Source: Gemmatimonadota bacterium (GTDB taxonomy: Bacteria > Gemmatimonadota > Gemmatimonadetes > Gemmatimonadales > GWC2-71-9). From it: a stretch of DNA of 64,000 nucleotides. This document shows, piece by piece, positions 18,493 to 27,186 of this stretch. Under the pieces are notes generated by a model, which made no database searches, had not been told where the DNA came from, and saw only the letters and a list, made by a program, of their open reading frames with translations. The translations under genes and the position numbers were made by a program. How positions within the stretch are numbered: the stretch's first letter is position 1; the number at the start of each line of letters is the position of its first letter. The stretch is from positions 16,545-80,544 of the forward strand of contig JBGPDL010000002.1 in assembly GCA_041482275.1 (NCBI GenBank). Reading direction: 5' to 3'.

Positions 18493-19590
18493 GTGCCCGC
18501 TTCCGATCCTCTCCGGGCGCGCATCGAGCGCGCTCTTGCCCAACTCAAGAATCCTCGCAGCGGGACCGACGTCCTGTCGGGCGGCATGGTCAAGGACCTC
18601 GCCGTGGACCAGGGGGGGACCGTCACGTTCACGTTTCTGCTCGGCCGCGACGATCCCGGGTCGCTCGCCCGCGACGTGCGCAGGGCCGTCCAAGGAGTTT
18701 CTGGCGTGACGGCTGTGCGCGTGAACGTCCTGGATGCGAGCAATGCCACGGAGGGTACCGCTCCCCGCCAGACCGCTCCCCGACCGACACCGGGGGCCGT
18801 CCCCCCCCCGCCCACGCCGGTCGAGCTACCCCACCTTGGGAAGGTGATCGCGATCTCGTCCGGCAAGGGCGGCGTGGGCAAGTCCACCGTCTCCACCAAC
18901 GTCGCGGTGGCGCTGGCGCGGGCGGGCCACCGCGTGGGACTGATGGACGCCGACATCTACGGGCCCAACATTCCGCGCATGATGGGTGCCGACGCAAAGC
19001 CCGAGGTGCGGGGCGGCAAGATCCAACCGCTCGAAGCCCACGGCGTGAAGCTCATGTCGCTCGGTCTGATCGTGGAGCGCGACGCCCCCGCCATCTGGCG
19101 CGGTCCGATCATCATGAAGGTGATCCAGCAGTTCGTGCGCGACGTGGACTGGGGCGAGCTCGACTACTTCCTCGTGGACCTGCCGCCCGGCACCGGCGAT
19201 GCGCAGCTGTCGCTCGCCCAGACGGTGCACATCCGAGCCGCGATCATCGTCACCACGCCGCAGGAGGTTGCGGTGGGCGACAGCCTGCGCGGTGCGAAGA
19301 TGTTCGAGCGGGTCGGCGTTCCGGTGCTCGGGGTGGTGGAGAACATGAGCTACTACGTGTGCCCGCATTGCGGCGAGCGCTCCGAGATCTTCCTCGCGGG
19401 CGGGGGAACCCGGCTCGCCGACGAGCTGGGCGTCCCGCTGCTCGGCCAGATCCCGCTGCAGGCGCGGATGCCCGATCTGGCCGACGCGGGCAGGCCGATC
19501 GTCGTGGCGGAGCCGGACTCACCCGCGGCCCAGGCGCTCGACGCCGTCGCCCGCCGCTTGACCGACGCGCTCGCCGCGCTCACGCACTGA
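18493..19590 (+). CDS. apbC: Fe-S cluster carrier ATPase Mrp/ApbC/NBP35 family
   Basis: ORF 18493..19590. N-terminal DUF59-like part, SGKGGVGKST deviant Walker A, and CPHCGE near the C-terminal half. Confidence 0.9.
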   Translation: MPASDPLRARIERALAQLKNPRSGTDVLSGGMVKDLAVDQGGTVTFTFLLGRDDPGSLARDVRRAVQGVSGVTAVRVNVLDASNATEGTAPRQTAPRPTPGAVPPPPTPVELPHLGKVIAISSGKGGVGKSTVSTNVAVALARAGHRVGLMDADIYGPNIPRMMGADAKPEVRGGKIQPLEAHGVKLMSLGLIVERDAPAIWRGPIIMKVIQQFVRDVDWGELDYFLVDLPPGTGDAQLSLAQTVHIRAAIIVTTPQEVAVGDSLRGAKMFERVGVPVLGVVENMSYYVCPHCGERSEIFLAGGGTRLADELGVPLLGQIPLQARMPDLADAGRPIVVAEPDSPAAQALDAVARRLTDALAALTH

Positions 19591-19591
19591 C

Positions 19592-20356
19592 GTGCGGGTG
19601 CTCGTGGCGGCGCTCTGGCTGCTGCAGCATCCCCGCGCCGGGCGGCCCGATCTGCGCGCCGGGCTCGACACGCTGTACGGCGGCGGGTTCCCCGTCGCCG
19701 CCGCCTATTTCGCCGAGCTCGCGGCCCGCGACACCACCGATCCCGCCCCGGTGACGTTCGAGGCCAGCGCCTACATCTGGTGGGCCGCCGCCCTCGAGAA
19801 CGATGCCTACGAAGCGGCGCGCATCGACTCGCTGCTCGACCTTGCGGTCGCGCGTGCCCGGGCCACCTCACCCGGTCCCGACGGTGATTTCTGGCTCGCC
19901 ACCGCCCTGGGGTACCGCGCGCGCCAGCGCGATCTGCACGGGCACTCCTGGGGTGCCGCCAAGGACGGCAAGGCGATGCGCGACGCCTACGCCCGCGTTC
20001 TCGCCGTCGACTCGAGCTGCGCCGACTGCTACCTGGGGCTCGGCGTGTACCAGTACGGCCTGGCGCGCGCCGGCGCGCTGGCGCGGTTGGTCGCGAAGAT
20101 CATCGGCCTCGGCAGCGGCAACGCGGAGCGCGGGATCGGCTACATACGCCGCGCCGCAACCGAGGGAGATCTGGCGAGAGTCGAAGCGGGCTGGGTACTC
20201 GCCGCGGCGCTTGAGCGCGAGGCCGCCCGCGACCCGGCGCAAGGCTCCGTGCTCGAGCGCGACGCCCGCGACGCGGTGGCCCGGCTCGCCGAGCGCCATC
20301 CCGGGAATCCCGTGTTCCAGCGGTTCCTCCGAGACGTCCCGCTCTCGCTCCCGTGA
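19592..20356 (+). CDS. Hypothetical protein (helical-repeat-like)
   Basis: ORF 19592..20356. The GTG starts 1 nt after the apbC stop. No motif I recognise; coding assumed from tight coupling and the absence of a better frame. Confidence 0.45.
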   Translation: MRVLVAALWLLQHPRAGRPDLRAGLDTLYGGGFPVAAAYFAELAARDTTDPAPVTFEASAYIWWAAALENDAYEAARIDSLLDLAVARARATSPGPDGDFWLATALGYRARQRDLHGHSWGAAKDGKAMRDAYARVLAVDSSCADCYLGLGVYQYGLARAGALARLVAKIIGLGSGNAERGIGYIRRAATEGDLARVEAGWVLAAALEREAARDPAQGSVLERDARDAVARLAERHPGNPVFQRFLRDVPLSLP

Positions 20357-20381
20357 CTGCGGTCACGACCCTTCCGGCGCC

Positions 20382-21722
20382 ATGACCAGCGTCGCCCGCA
20401 CGCCTGGCTCGCTCACCGTGGGGCCGCTCCGGCCGGTCATTCTGAAGCTTGCCGCGCCCGCGGTCGCGATGATGGCCTGCCACTTCTGCTTCAACCTCAT
20501 CGACTCCGTGTGGGTGGGCCGCCTCATCGGCCCCGCCGCCCTGGCCGCCGTCTCGACGGCGGGATTCTATGTCTGGGTGCTGCTGTCGCTCGGCGAGATG
20601 GTGGAGGTGGGCCTGATCGCGGTGGCCGCGCGCCGCCACGGGGAAGGGCGGCCCGACGCTGCAGCCCGCGCCGCGGGCGCCGCGGTGCTGTATGCACTGG
20701 CGGCGGGGACCGCCGTGTCTTTGTTGGGGTTCGCGCTCACGGCCGATCTGTTCCGCCTGATGAACGTGCCGCGCGAGGTGGCGACGCTGGGACACTCCTA
20801 TCTCGACACGTGGCTCTTGGGCGGGCCGCTCGTGTTCGGCTTCTTCGCGATCGAGGCGACGTTCCGCGCCTCCGGTGACACGCGCACGCCGTTCCTCCTG
20901 CTTATGGCCTCCGTGCTGTTGTCCATCGGGCTCGACCCGCTGCTCATCGCGGGGATCGGGCCTTTCCCCCGGCTCGGGGTGGAGGGTGCGGCCGCGACGT
21001 CCGTCATGGTGCGGGGCGGCGGGTTCCTGATCGGGATCGGGATCGCCTGGAAGCGCGGTCTCATCCGCCTCGACGCCCCCGACTGGCGCGCCATCCCGAC
21101 CGTGTTTCGCGTGGGCGCGCCGCTCTCCCTCGCCGGGGTGCTGCTTTCGATCGTCTACATGTGGCTCACCCGGTACACGTCGCGCTTCGGAACGGCGGCG
21201 CTCGCGGCGCTCGGCGTGGGGCACAAAGTGGAGGGGCTCGGCTTCATCGCGATTTCGGGGTTCGCGCTGTCGGCGTCCGCCCTCGTGGGCCAAAATCTGG
21301 GCGCCGGGCAGGAAGCCCGCGCGCGCCAGGCGGTGCGCCTGACGGTGGGCTATTGTCTCGCCGTCACGACGACCACGGCCATCGCGTTTCTCACGATCCC
21401 GCGCCTCCTGGTCGCGCTCTTCACCGACGATCCCGCGGTGATCGCGGACGGCAGTCTCTACCTACGCGTGATCGCTTTCGCGCAGATCGGCCAGACGTTC
21501 GAGATCATTCTGGAAGGAGCGCTCGCGGGGGCGGGGTACACCCTGTGGCCGCAGATTACCAGCACCACGCTCACGCTGTTGCGGGTGCCGCTCGGTGCCT
21601 GGTGGTCCGGCGCCTTCGGCTTGCTCGGCATCTGGTTGGCGCTTTCCGTCACCGCGATCTCCCGCGGCATCGTGATGACCCTCTTCTGGCTCCGTGGCGG
21701 CTGGCGCCGCGCGACGGTGTAA
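20382..21722 (+). CDS. MATE family efflux transporter
   Basis: ORF 19803..21722, start re-set to ATG 20382 (MTSVARTPGSLTVGPLRPVILKLAAPAVAMM). 12-TM MATE/NorM-like pattern. Confidence 0.85.
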   Translation: MTSVARTPGSLTVGPLRPVILKLAAPAVAMMACHFCFNLIDSVWVGRLIGPAALAAVSTAGFYVWVLLSLGEMVEVGLIAVAARRHGEGRPDAAARAAGAAVLYALAAGTAVSLLGFALTADLFRLMNVPREVATLGHSYLDTWLLGGPLVFGFFAIEATFRASGDTRTPFLLLMASVLLSIGLDPLLIAGIGPFPRLGVEGAAATSVMVRGGGFLIGIGIAWKRGLIRLDAPDWRAIPTVFRVGAPLSLAGVLLSIVYMWLTRYTSRFGTAALAALGVGHKVEGLGFIAISGFALSASALVGQNLGAGQEARARQAVRLTVGYCLAVTTTTAIAFLTIPRLLVALFTDDPAVIADGSLYLRVIAFAQIGQTFEIILEGALAGAGYTLWPQITSTTLTLLRVPLGAWWSGAFGLLGIWLALSVTAISRGIVMTLFWLRGGWRRATV

Positions 21723-21736
21723 CGGATGATTCGCTG

Positions 21737-22480
21737 ATGGCGACCCTCATTACCCTGGTTACGGATCTCGGCGGCGCCGACAGCTACGTGGGCGAGGTGA
21801 AGGGCGTGCTCCTGTCGCAAGTGCACGGGGCCGCCCTCGTGGACATCACGCACCACATCCCCCCGGGCGACGTGCGCGCGGCGCAGTACGTCCTGTCGCG
21901 AGTGTGGCACCGCTTCCCCCAGGGGAGCGTGCACCTCGCGGTGGTGGATCCCGGCGTCGGCACGGATCGCCGCGCGCTGGCCGCGTCGCTGGCCGGCCAC
22001 TTCTTCGTGGCGCCCGACAACGGCCTGCTCTCGTTCCTCCCGGCAGAGGCGCACTTCGCCGCATTGCCGGTCCCGGCGACGGCCGCTCCGACCTTCCACG
22101 CGCGGGACGTGTTCGCGCCGGCGGCGGGCAAGCTCGCGCTCGGCGCGTCGCTTTCGCACGTGGGTCATTCCATCACCGACGTGTACCGCTCCCCGCTCCC
22201 GGCCCCTCGTCACGACGGCACGGTGGTGATCGGCGAGGTGATCTACGTTGACCGCTTCGGCACGCTCATCTCGAACATCCCGGGCCAGGCGGTCGAGCCC
22301 GGCGTGCGCATCAAGGTCGCAGGCACGGAGATCGGCACGCTGGCGCGCACGTTCGGCGACGTGACGCGCGGGGCCCTGGTGGCGTTGGTGGGGAGCGGCG
22401 GAACGGTGGAGATCGCGGTGCGCGACGGCAGCGCCGCGCGCCTGCTAGGAGTCGGTGTGGGGGCGGAGGTGCGGGCCTGA
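21737..22480 (+). CDS. S-adenosyl-L-methionine hydroxide adenosyltransferase family protein (DUF62)
   Basis: Last 247 aa of ORF 21161..22480, from ATG 21737 (MATLITLVTDLGGADSYVGEVKGVL...VVDPGVGT...FVAPDNGLL). Confidence 0.85.
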   Translation: MATLITLVTDLGGADSYVGEVKGVLLSQVHGAALVDITHHIPPGDVRAAQYVLSRVWHRFPQGSVHLAVVDPGVGTDRRALAASLAGHFFVAPDNGLLSFLPAEAHFAALPVPATAAPTFHARDVFAPAAGKLALGASLSHVGHSITDVYRSPLPAPRHDGTVVIGEVIYVDRFGTLISNIPGQAVEPGVRIKVAGTEIGTLARTFGDVTRGALVALVGSGGTVEIAVRDGSAARLLGVGVGAEVRA

Positions 22481-22705
22481 GCGTGCGGGAATCTTCACCT
22501 TCGCCATCACCCGTTCTACGAAACCGAACTCCGGCGCGAAGCGCGTCAGTTGCGCCAGCTCGCGGATCAGCTTGCGCTCCCGCTCCGCCGTAGCGCGGCA
22601 CTCGGCGCACGCGGCCAGGTGGAAGTCGCGCGCGGCGGGCAAGAGACCCTGAGCCCACAACTCGATCTCGTCGGGCGGCAGGTGCTGGACGATGGGCTCG
22701 CTCAT
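22445..22705 (-). CDS. Soluble zinc-binding (ZAS, zf-HC2) anti-sigma factor
   Basis: ORF 22445..22705. H-x3-C-x2-C motif (HLAACAEC). 34 nt downstream of the ECF sigma gene. No TM segment. Confidence 0.6.
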   Translation of the reverse strand: MSEPIVQHLPPDEIELWAQGLLPAARDFHLAACAECRATAERERKLIRELAQLTRFAPEFGFVERVMAKVKIPARSGPHLRPHTDS

Positions 22706-22739
22706 GGTGCCGTCCTACGGCACGGGGGCGACGGCGGTT

Positions 22740-23435
22740 TCACGGGCGCCGGTCCTCGAGATGACCCCGTAATTCATTGCGCGCCCTGTGGATATACGTC
22801 TTCACGGTGCCCAGGGGCAGCTCCAGGATGCGCGCAATCTCCTCGTAGCTGTGCCCTTCGACGTGGCGCAGCAGGATGCAGGCCCGGTACTCGGGCCGCA
22901 ATCGGGCGATGGCATGCTCGATCGCCCCGCCCAGCTCGCGCGCCTCGAGCTCCTGGAGCGGGCTCTCGCCCTTGTCCCCGAGCTGCAGCGCGGTGGCCTG
23001 CATCTGGTCGGGGGTCGTGGCGTGGGGCGAGCCGTCGAGCGACAGTGTCTCGAGCTCGCGCCGCCGCAGTTGATCGATCGCGGCGTTGTTCGCGATCTTG
23101 AAGATCCACGACGAGAACTTGAACTGCGGGTTGTACGAGCCGATGGCGTTCAAGACCTTGATGAACGTCTCCTGGGCCAGGTCTTCGGCGAGCGAGCGGT
23201 CGCGGACCATCCGATACAGCAGCGAGAAGACGGGCCGCTCATAGCGGCGGACCAGCTCGCGAAACGCGGCTTCGTGACCTTGGGCCGCCCACGCCACGAC
23301 CTCTTGGTCGCTGGCGCCCGTCAGGTTGCCCGGCCTATCTTTCGCGCTTATGACGCCGTCTCCTGCGTTCGAGGTGGCCGCGCACTCGGGCGGCGACGCG
23401 AAGCGGTCGTACGTGCGCGGCATGTTCACGGCCAT
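22740..23435 (-). CDS. ECF-type RNA polymerase sigma-70 factor
   Basis: ORF 22740..23435. Region 2 FRELVRRYERPVFSLLYRMVRDRSLAEDLAQETFIKV and region 4 SYEEIARILELPLGTVKTYIHRAR. Start uncertain, because 23435 would overlap the divergent ubiE start. Confidence 0.85.
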   Translation of the reverse strand: MAVNMPRTYDRFASPPECAATSNAGDGVISAKDRPGNLTGASDQEVVAWAAQGHEAAFRELVRRYERPVFSLLYRMVRDRSLAEDLAQETFIKVLNAIGSYNPQFKFSSWIFKIANNAAIDQLRRRELETLSLDGSPHATTPDQMQATALQLGDKGESPLQELEARELGGAIEHAIARLRPEYRACILLRHVEGHSYEEIARILELPLGTVKTYIHRARNELRGHLEDRRP

Positions 23436-24081
23436 CGCGCCGCGCTACGACGTCTTGAACCATCTGCTGAGCTTCAACGCCGACCGCTCGTGGCGCCGCG
23501 CCGCCGTGCGGCGGCTCGGGTGGGAGCGGCGGCCCGACGGCACCTATCTCGATCTCTGCGCCGGCACGCTCGACCTCGCGGCCACCCTCGCCCGCGAGCC
23601 CGGGTTCTCGGGGTGGGTGATCGGCGCGGACTTCGTGGTGGCCATGCTGGCACGGGGAAAGGGCAAGGCGGCTTGCACCCGACCAGTCGGCGCCGACGCG
23701 CTCACGCTCCCCTTCGCCGACGCCCGGTTCGACGGCGCCATGGTCGCTTTCGGAGTACGGAACCTGGCGGATCTCGACGCCGGGCTCAAGGAGGCGCATC
23801 GCGTGCTCCGGCCCGGCGCACGCTTCGTGGTGCTGGAGTTCGCCACCCCGCGCTTCGCGCCGCTGCGCGCGCTGTACCTCTTCTATTTCCGGCGCGTGCT
23901 CCCCGCGATCGGCCGCGCGGTGTCGAAACATAGGGACGCCTATACCTACCTGCCAGAGTCCGTGCTCGGCTTCCCCGATCCCGACGCGCTCGCCCGCCGG
24001 CTCGAGGGCGCTGGCTTCTCCGACGTGAGCTACCAGCGCCTCACGGGCGGGATCTGCGCCGTCCATCATGGCACTCGATAA
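23350..24081 (+). CDS. ubiE: Demethylmenaquinone/ubiquinone C-methyltransferase
   Basis: ORF 23326..24081, ATG 23350 preferred. MFTAIAPRYDVLNHLLSF...LDLCAGT SAM-MTase motifs typical of UbiE/MenG. Confidence 0.85.
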   Translation: MTPSPAFEVAAHSGGDAKRSYVRGMFTAIAPRYDVLNHLLSFNADRSWRRAAVRRLGWERRPDGTYLDLCAGTLDLAATLAREPGFSGWVIGADFVVAMLARGKGKAACTRPVGADALTLPFADARFDGAMVAFGVRNLADLDAGLKEAHRVLRPGARFVVLEFATPRFAPLRALYLFYFRRVLPAIGRAVSKHRDAYTYLPESVLGFPDPDALARRLEGAGFSDVSYQRLTGGICAVHHGTR

Positions 24082-25546
24082 TCTGCGCGCCTTCCTGGAC
24101 GCGATCGACGCCCGGGGCGACCTGGTGCGCGTGGCGCGGCCCGTCTCGGTCGACAAGGAGATGACGGAGATCGCCGACCGCTGCATGAAGTCGCCGGGTG
24201 GCGGGCCGGCGCTCTTGTTCGCGCACCCCACGTTGACGTCGGGGGGAGCGGCGCGCTATCCCGTCGCGGTGAACCTGTTCGGCTCCGAGGCTCGCATGGC
24301 GCTGGCGCTGGGGGTGGAACGCCTCGACGACATCGGGGAGCGCATCGCGGTGCTCTTGAATTTGAAGGTTCCCGACAGCCTGCTCGGCAAGCTGGCGATG
24401 CTGCCGCAGCTCGCGGAGATCGCGAAATTCCCGCCCAAGACGGCGGGCGGACGGCCGCCGTGTCAGGAGACGGTGATCCGCGACCGGGACGTGGACCTGT
24501 CGCAGTTCCCGGTGCCCGTGTGCTGGCCGGAGGACGGCGGCCCGTACATCACCCTCCCGGGGGTGATCACGCGCGATCCCGGGACGGGCGTGCGCAACGT
24601 CGGGATGTACCGCATCCAGGTCATCGGCCGCAACGAGCTCGCGATGCACTGGCAGCGCCACAAAGTCGGGGCGGCGCATTGGCGCGAGATGGCGCGGCGC
24701 GGTGAGCGGATGCCGGTGGCGGTCGCGCTGGGCGGCGATCCCGCGTCCATATACGCGGCGTCCGCGCCGCTGCCGCCCACGATTGACGAGTTCCTGTTTG
24801 CCGGGTTCCTGCGCAAGGAGCCGGTGCGACTCGCCAAGGCCGTCACCTCGGATCTGGAAGTCCCGGCGGAAGCCGAGCTCGTGCTCGAGGGCTACATCGA
24901 TCCCCGAGAAGAGTTGGTGCTCGAGGGGCCGTTCGGCGACCACACGGGGTTCTATTCGCTCGCGGACTATTACCCCAAAGTCCACGTCACCGCAATCACG
25001 ATGCGCACGGACCCCATCTGGCCGCACACCATCGTGGGGCGGCCGCCGATGGAGGACTACTGGCTGGGTCATGCGACGGAGCGGATCTTCCTGCCGCTGT
25101 TGAAGCTCACACTCCCCGAGGTCGTGGACCTGCACATGCCGGCGGAGGGGATCTTTCACAATCTCGTGTTCGTGAGCATCGACAAGCAGTATCCGGGGCA
25201 GGCCTACAAGGTGATGAACGGGTTGTGGGGCCAGGGATTGATGTCGCTCGCCAAGGTGATCGTCGTGCTGGACAAGGATGTGAACGTGCGCGATGCCAAG
25301 GAGGCATGGTGGGTGGCGTTGAACCACATCGATCCGGAGCGCGACGTCCGTTTCAGCCTCGGACCGATGGATGTACTCGACCACTCGAGCCGCGGCTTCA
25401 CGTTCGGCTCGAAGATGGGAATCGACGCGACGCGCAAGTGGAGGGAAGAAGGGTTTGCGCGGGAATGGCCCGGCAAGATCGTCATGGACCCGGAAACGAA
25501 GCGGCGGGTGGACGAGATGTGGAGGGAACTTGGCATCGAGCTCTGA
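24068..25546 (+). CDS. UbiD-family (prenylated-FMN dependent) decarboxylase
   Basis: ORF 24068..25546. MALDNLRAFLDAIDARGDLVRV...GMYRIQV...GPFGDHTGFY are UbiD hallmarks. Confidence 0.9.
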   Translation: MALDNLRAFLDAIDARGDLVRVARPVSVDKEMTEIADRCMKSPGGGPALLFAHPTLTSGGAARYPVAVNLFGSEARMALALGVERLDDIGERIAVLLNLKVPDSLLGKLAMLPQLAEIAKFPPKTAGGRPPCQETVIRDRDVDLSQFPVPVCWPEDGGPYITLPGVITRDPGTGVRNVGMYRIQVIGRNELAMHWQRHKVGAAHWREMARRGERMPVAVALGGDPASIYAASAPLPPTIDEFLFAGFLRKEPVRLAKAVTSDLEVPAEAELVLEGYIDPREELVLEGPFGDHTGFYSLADYYPKVHVTAITMRTDPIWPHTIVGRPPMEDYWLGHATERIFLPLLKLTLPEVVDLHMPAEGIFHNLVFVSIDKQYPGQAYKVMNGLWGQGLMSLAKVIVVLDKDVNVRDAKEAWWVALNHIDPERDVRFSLGPMDVLDHSSRGFTFGSKMGIDATRKWREEGFAREWPGKIVMDPETKRRVDEMWRELGIEL

Positions 25547-26438
25547 GGCGCAGCGCGAGGGCCAGACCTACGCGGGCGAGAGCCTCCTGGTCCGCTACGC
25601 CAACTTCGTCAAGCTCCCGCACACGGTGTTCGCGCTGCCGTTCGCGCTGCTCGGCGTCGTGGCAGCGTCGTGGCGCGCGCCCGTCACGCCGCGGACGCTC
25701 GGGCTCGTGGTGCTGGCGTTCACGGCAGCCCGCTTCGTGGCGATGGGGTTCAACCGCATCGCCGACCGCGAACTCGACGCCCGCAATCCTCGCACCCGCG
25801 GGCGCGAGCTGCCCGCCGGCCGGCTGACGCTCGCTCAGGCGTGGGCGGCGGTCCTGGCCGCGGCGGCGCTGTTTCTCTGGGCGACCCGGGCGCTCAATCC
25901 GTTGTGCTTCCGACTTGCACCGATCGCGCTCGCGGTCGTCACCTTCTACAGCTACTCCAAACGGTTCACCTGGTGGTCCCACCTGTGGCTCGGTTTTGGC
26001 GACGCGATCGCCGGGCCGGCCGGTTTTCTCGCGGTGTCCGGCCAGTGGAGCGCGCCCTCGTGGCTGTTGTGGGTACTGGCCGCCGCCGTGACGTTCTGGG
26101 TGGGCGGGTTCGACATCTTCTATGCGCTGCCGGACGAGCACTTCGACCGCACCGAAGGATTGCACTCCGCGGTCGTGCGGTTCGGACAGGGGCGGAGCAT
26201 CGCCCTGGCGAAGGGGCTGCACGGGCTCGCGGTGGTTTCGCTGATCGCGTTCGGTGTGGGAGCGGGACTGGGGCCGGTGTACTACGGTGGCGTGGCGCTC
26301 GGCGCGGGGATCATCGCTTGGGAGCACCGGATGGTGAAACCGGGCGACCTGTCGCGGCTCAATGCGGCATTCTTTACCGCGAACGGCATCGTGAGCATTG
26401 TGGTGTTCCTGGGTGCTCTCGTGGATCGGGTGACATGA
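25530..26438 (+). CDS. UbiA-family aromatic prenyltransferase
   Basis: ORF 25371..26438. The conserved part begins at YANFVKLPHTVFALPFALLG. There is no ATG/GTG after the ubiD stop, so TTG 25530 (17-nt overlap) is my best guess. NRIADRELD motif. Confidence 0.78.
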   Translation: MASSSEAQREGQTYAGESLLVRYANFVKLPHTVFALPFALLGVVAASWRAPVTPRTLGLVVLAFTAARFVAMGFNRIADRELDARNPRTRGRELPAGRLTLAQAWAAVLAAAALFLWATRALNPLCFRLAPIALAVVTFYSYSKRFTWWSHLWLGFGDAIAGPAGFLAVSGQWSAPSWLLWVLAAAVTFWVGGFDIFYALPDEHFDRTEGLHSAVVRFGQGRSIALAKGLHGLAVVSLIAFGVGAGLGPVYYGGVALGAGIIAWEHRMVKPGDLSRLNAAFFTANGIVSIVVFLGALVDRVT

Positions 26439-26444
26439 ACCTCG

Positions 26445-26529
26445 TGCGTGGTGCGTGGTGCGTGGTCTCTCCGCCGCGTCGGAAGCCCCCGGTGCCACGG
26501 GGGCAACCACGTACCACGCACCACGTACC
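26445..26529 (+). repeat. Triple-heptad inverted repeat (23-bp stem, nested inner hairpin) in the ubiA-ubiX spacer
   Basis: 26445-26467 is GTGCGTG x3 + GT. 26507-26529 is ACCACGT ACCACGC ACCACGT AC. 21 Watson-Crick plus 2 G:T pairs, checked base by base. Inner stem 26486-26492 / 26499-26505. Confidence 0.9.
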
Positions 26530-26592
26530 GCCCCCGGCTCGTCCGCCCGCTCATCCGCGGCGCTCTCCCACTCCCAATCGCCGCGGGCGCTG

Positions 26593-27180
26593 ATGAGCAA
26601 GCTTCCCGTCATTCTCGCGATCACCGGCGCCTCCGGCGCGCCGTACGGTGTGCGGCTGCTCGAGATGCTCGCGGTGCACACCGTGCCCACGTGGCTGCTG
26701 ATCTCGAGCCACGGCTGGCGCCTGCTCACGCAGGAGTGCGGCATCAACGACGACCGCGAGCTCAAGAAGGCCACAGGGGGCGATTGGACGAGCGTGCGGG
26801 TGTTCGACGACAAGGACCGCGGCGCCGAGCCCGCGTCGGGCTCGGCCAGGACGGCGGGAATGGTGATCTGCCCGTGCTCCATGGGCACTGTGGCCGCGAT
26901 CGCGCACGGCACGAGCCGCTCGCTCATCGAGCGCGCGGCGGATGTGGTGCTGAAGGAGCGCCGCACGCTGGTGCTCGTGCCGCGCGAGACGCCGCTCTCG
27001 CTGGTGCACCTCCGCAATCTCACCCGCGCCACGGAGGCCGGCGCCATCGTGCTGCCGGCTGCCCCCGGGTTCTACCACAAGCCGCAGAAGGTGGCTGACC
27101 TCGTGGACTTCGTGGTGCAGCGCGTGCTCGACCACCTGGGGCTCGACATCGCGTTGGTCAAGCGGTGGCAGCAGGAGTGA
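26593..27180 (+). CDS. ubiX: Flavin prenyltransferase UbiX
   Basis: ORF 26455..27180, start re-set to ATG 26593 (MSKLPVILAITGASGAPYGVRLLEML). CPCSMGT motif. Confidence 0.9.
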   Translation: MSKLPVILAITGASGAPYGVRLLEMLAVHTVPTWLLISSHGWRLLTQECGINDDRELKKATGGDWTSVRVFDDKDRGAEPASGSARTAGMVICPCSMGTVAAIAHGTSRSLIERAADVVLKERRTLVLVPRETPLSLVHLRNLTRATEAGAIVLPAAPGFYHKPQKVADLVDFVVQRVLDHLGLDIALVKRWQQE

Positions 27181-27186
27181 AGCGGA

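Noticed and set aside
26455-26592. Possible 46-aa N-terminal extension of UbiX that would translate the triple-heptad hairpin
   Set aside because: UbiX homologs begin right at the M..I.VGITGASG motif, which here starts at ATG 26593. The extension is low-complexity Ser/Ala/Pro sequence, all three frames are open across the spacer, and a 23-bp stem would block initiation at 26455. I kept it as non-coding, but proteomics could overturn this.
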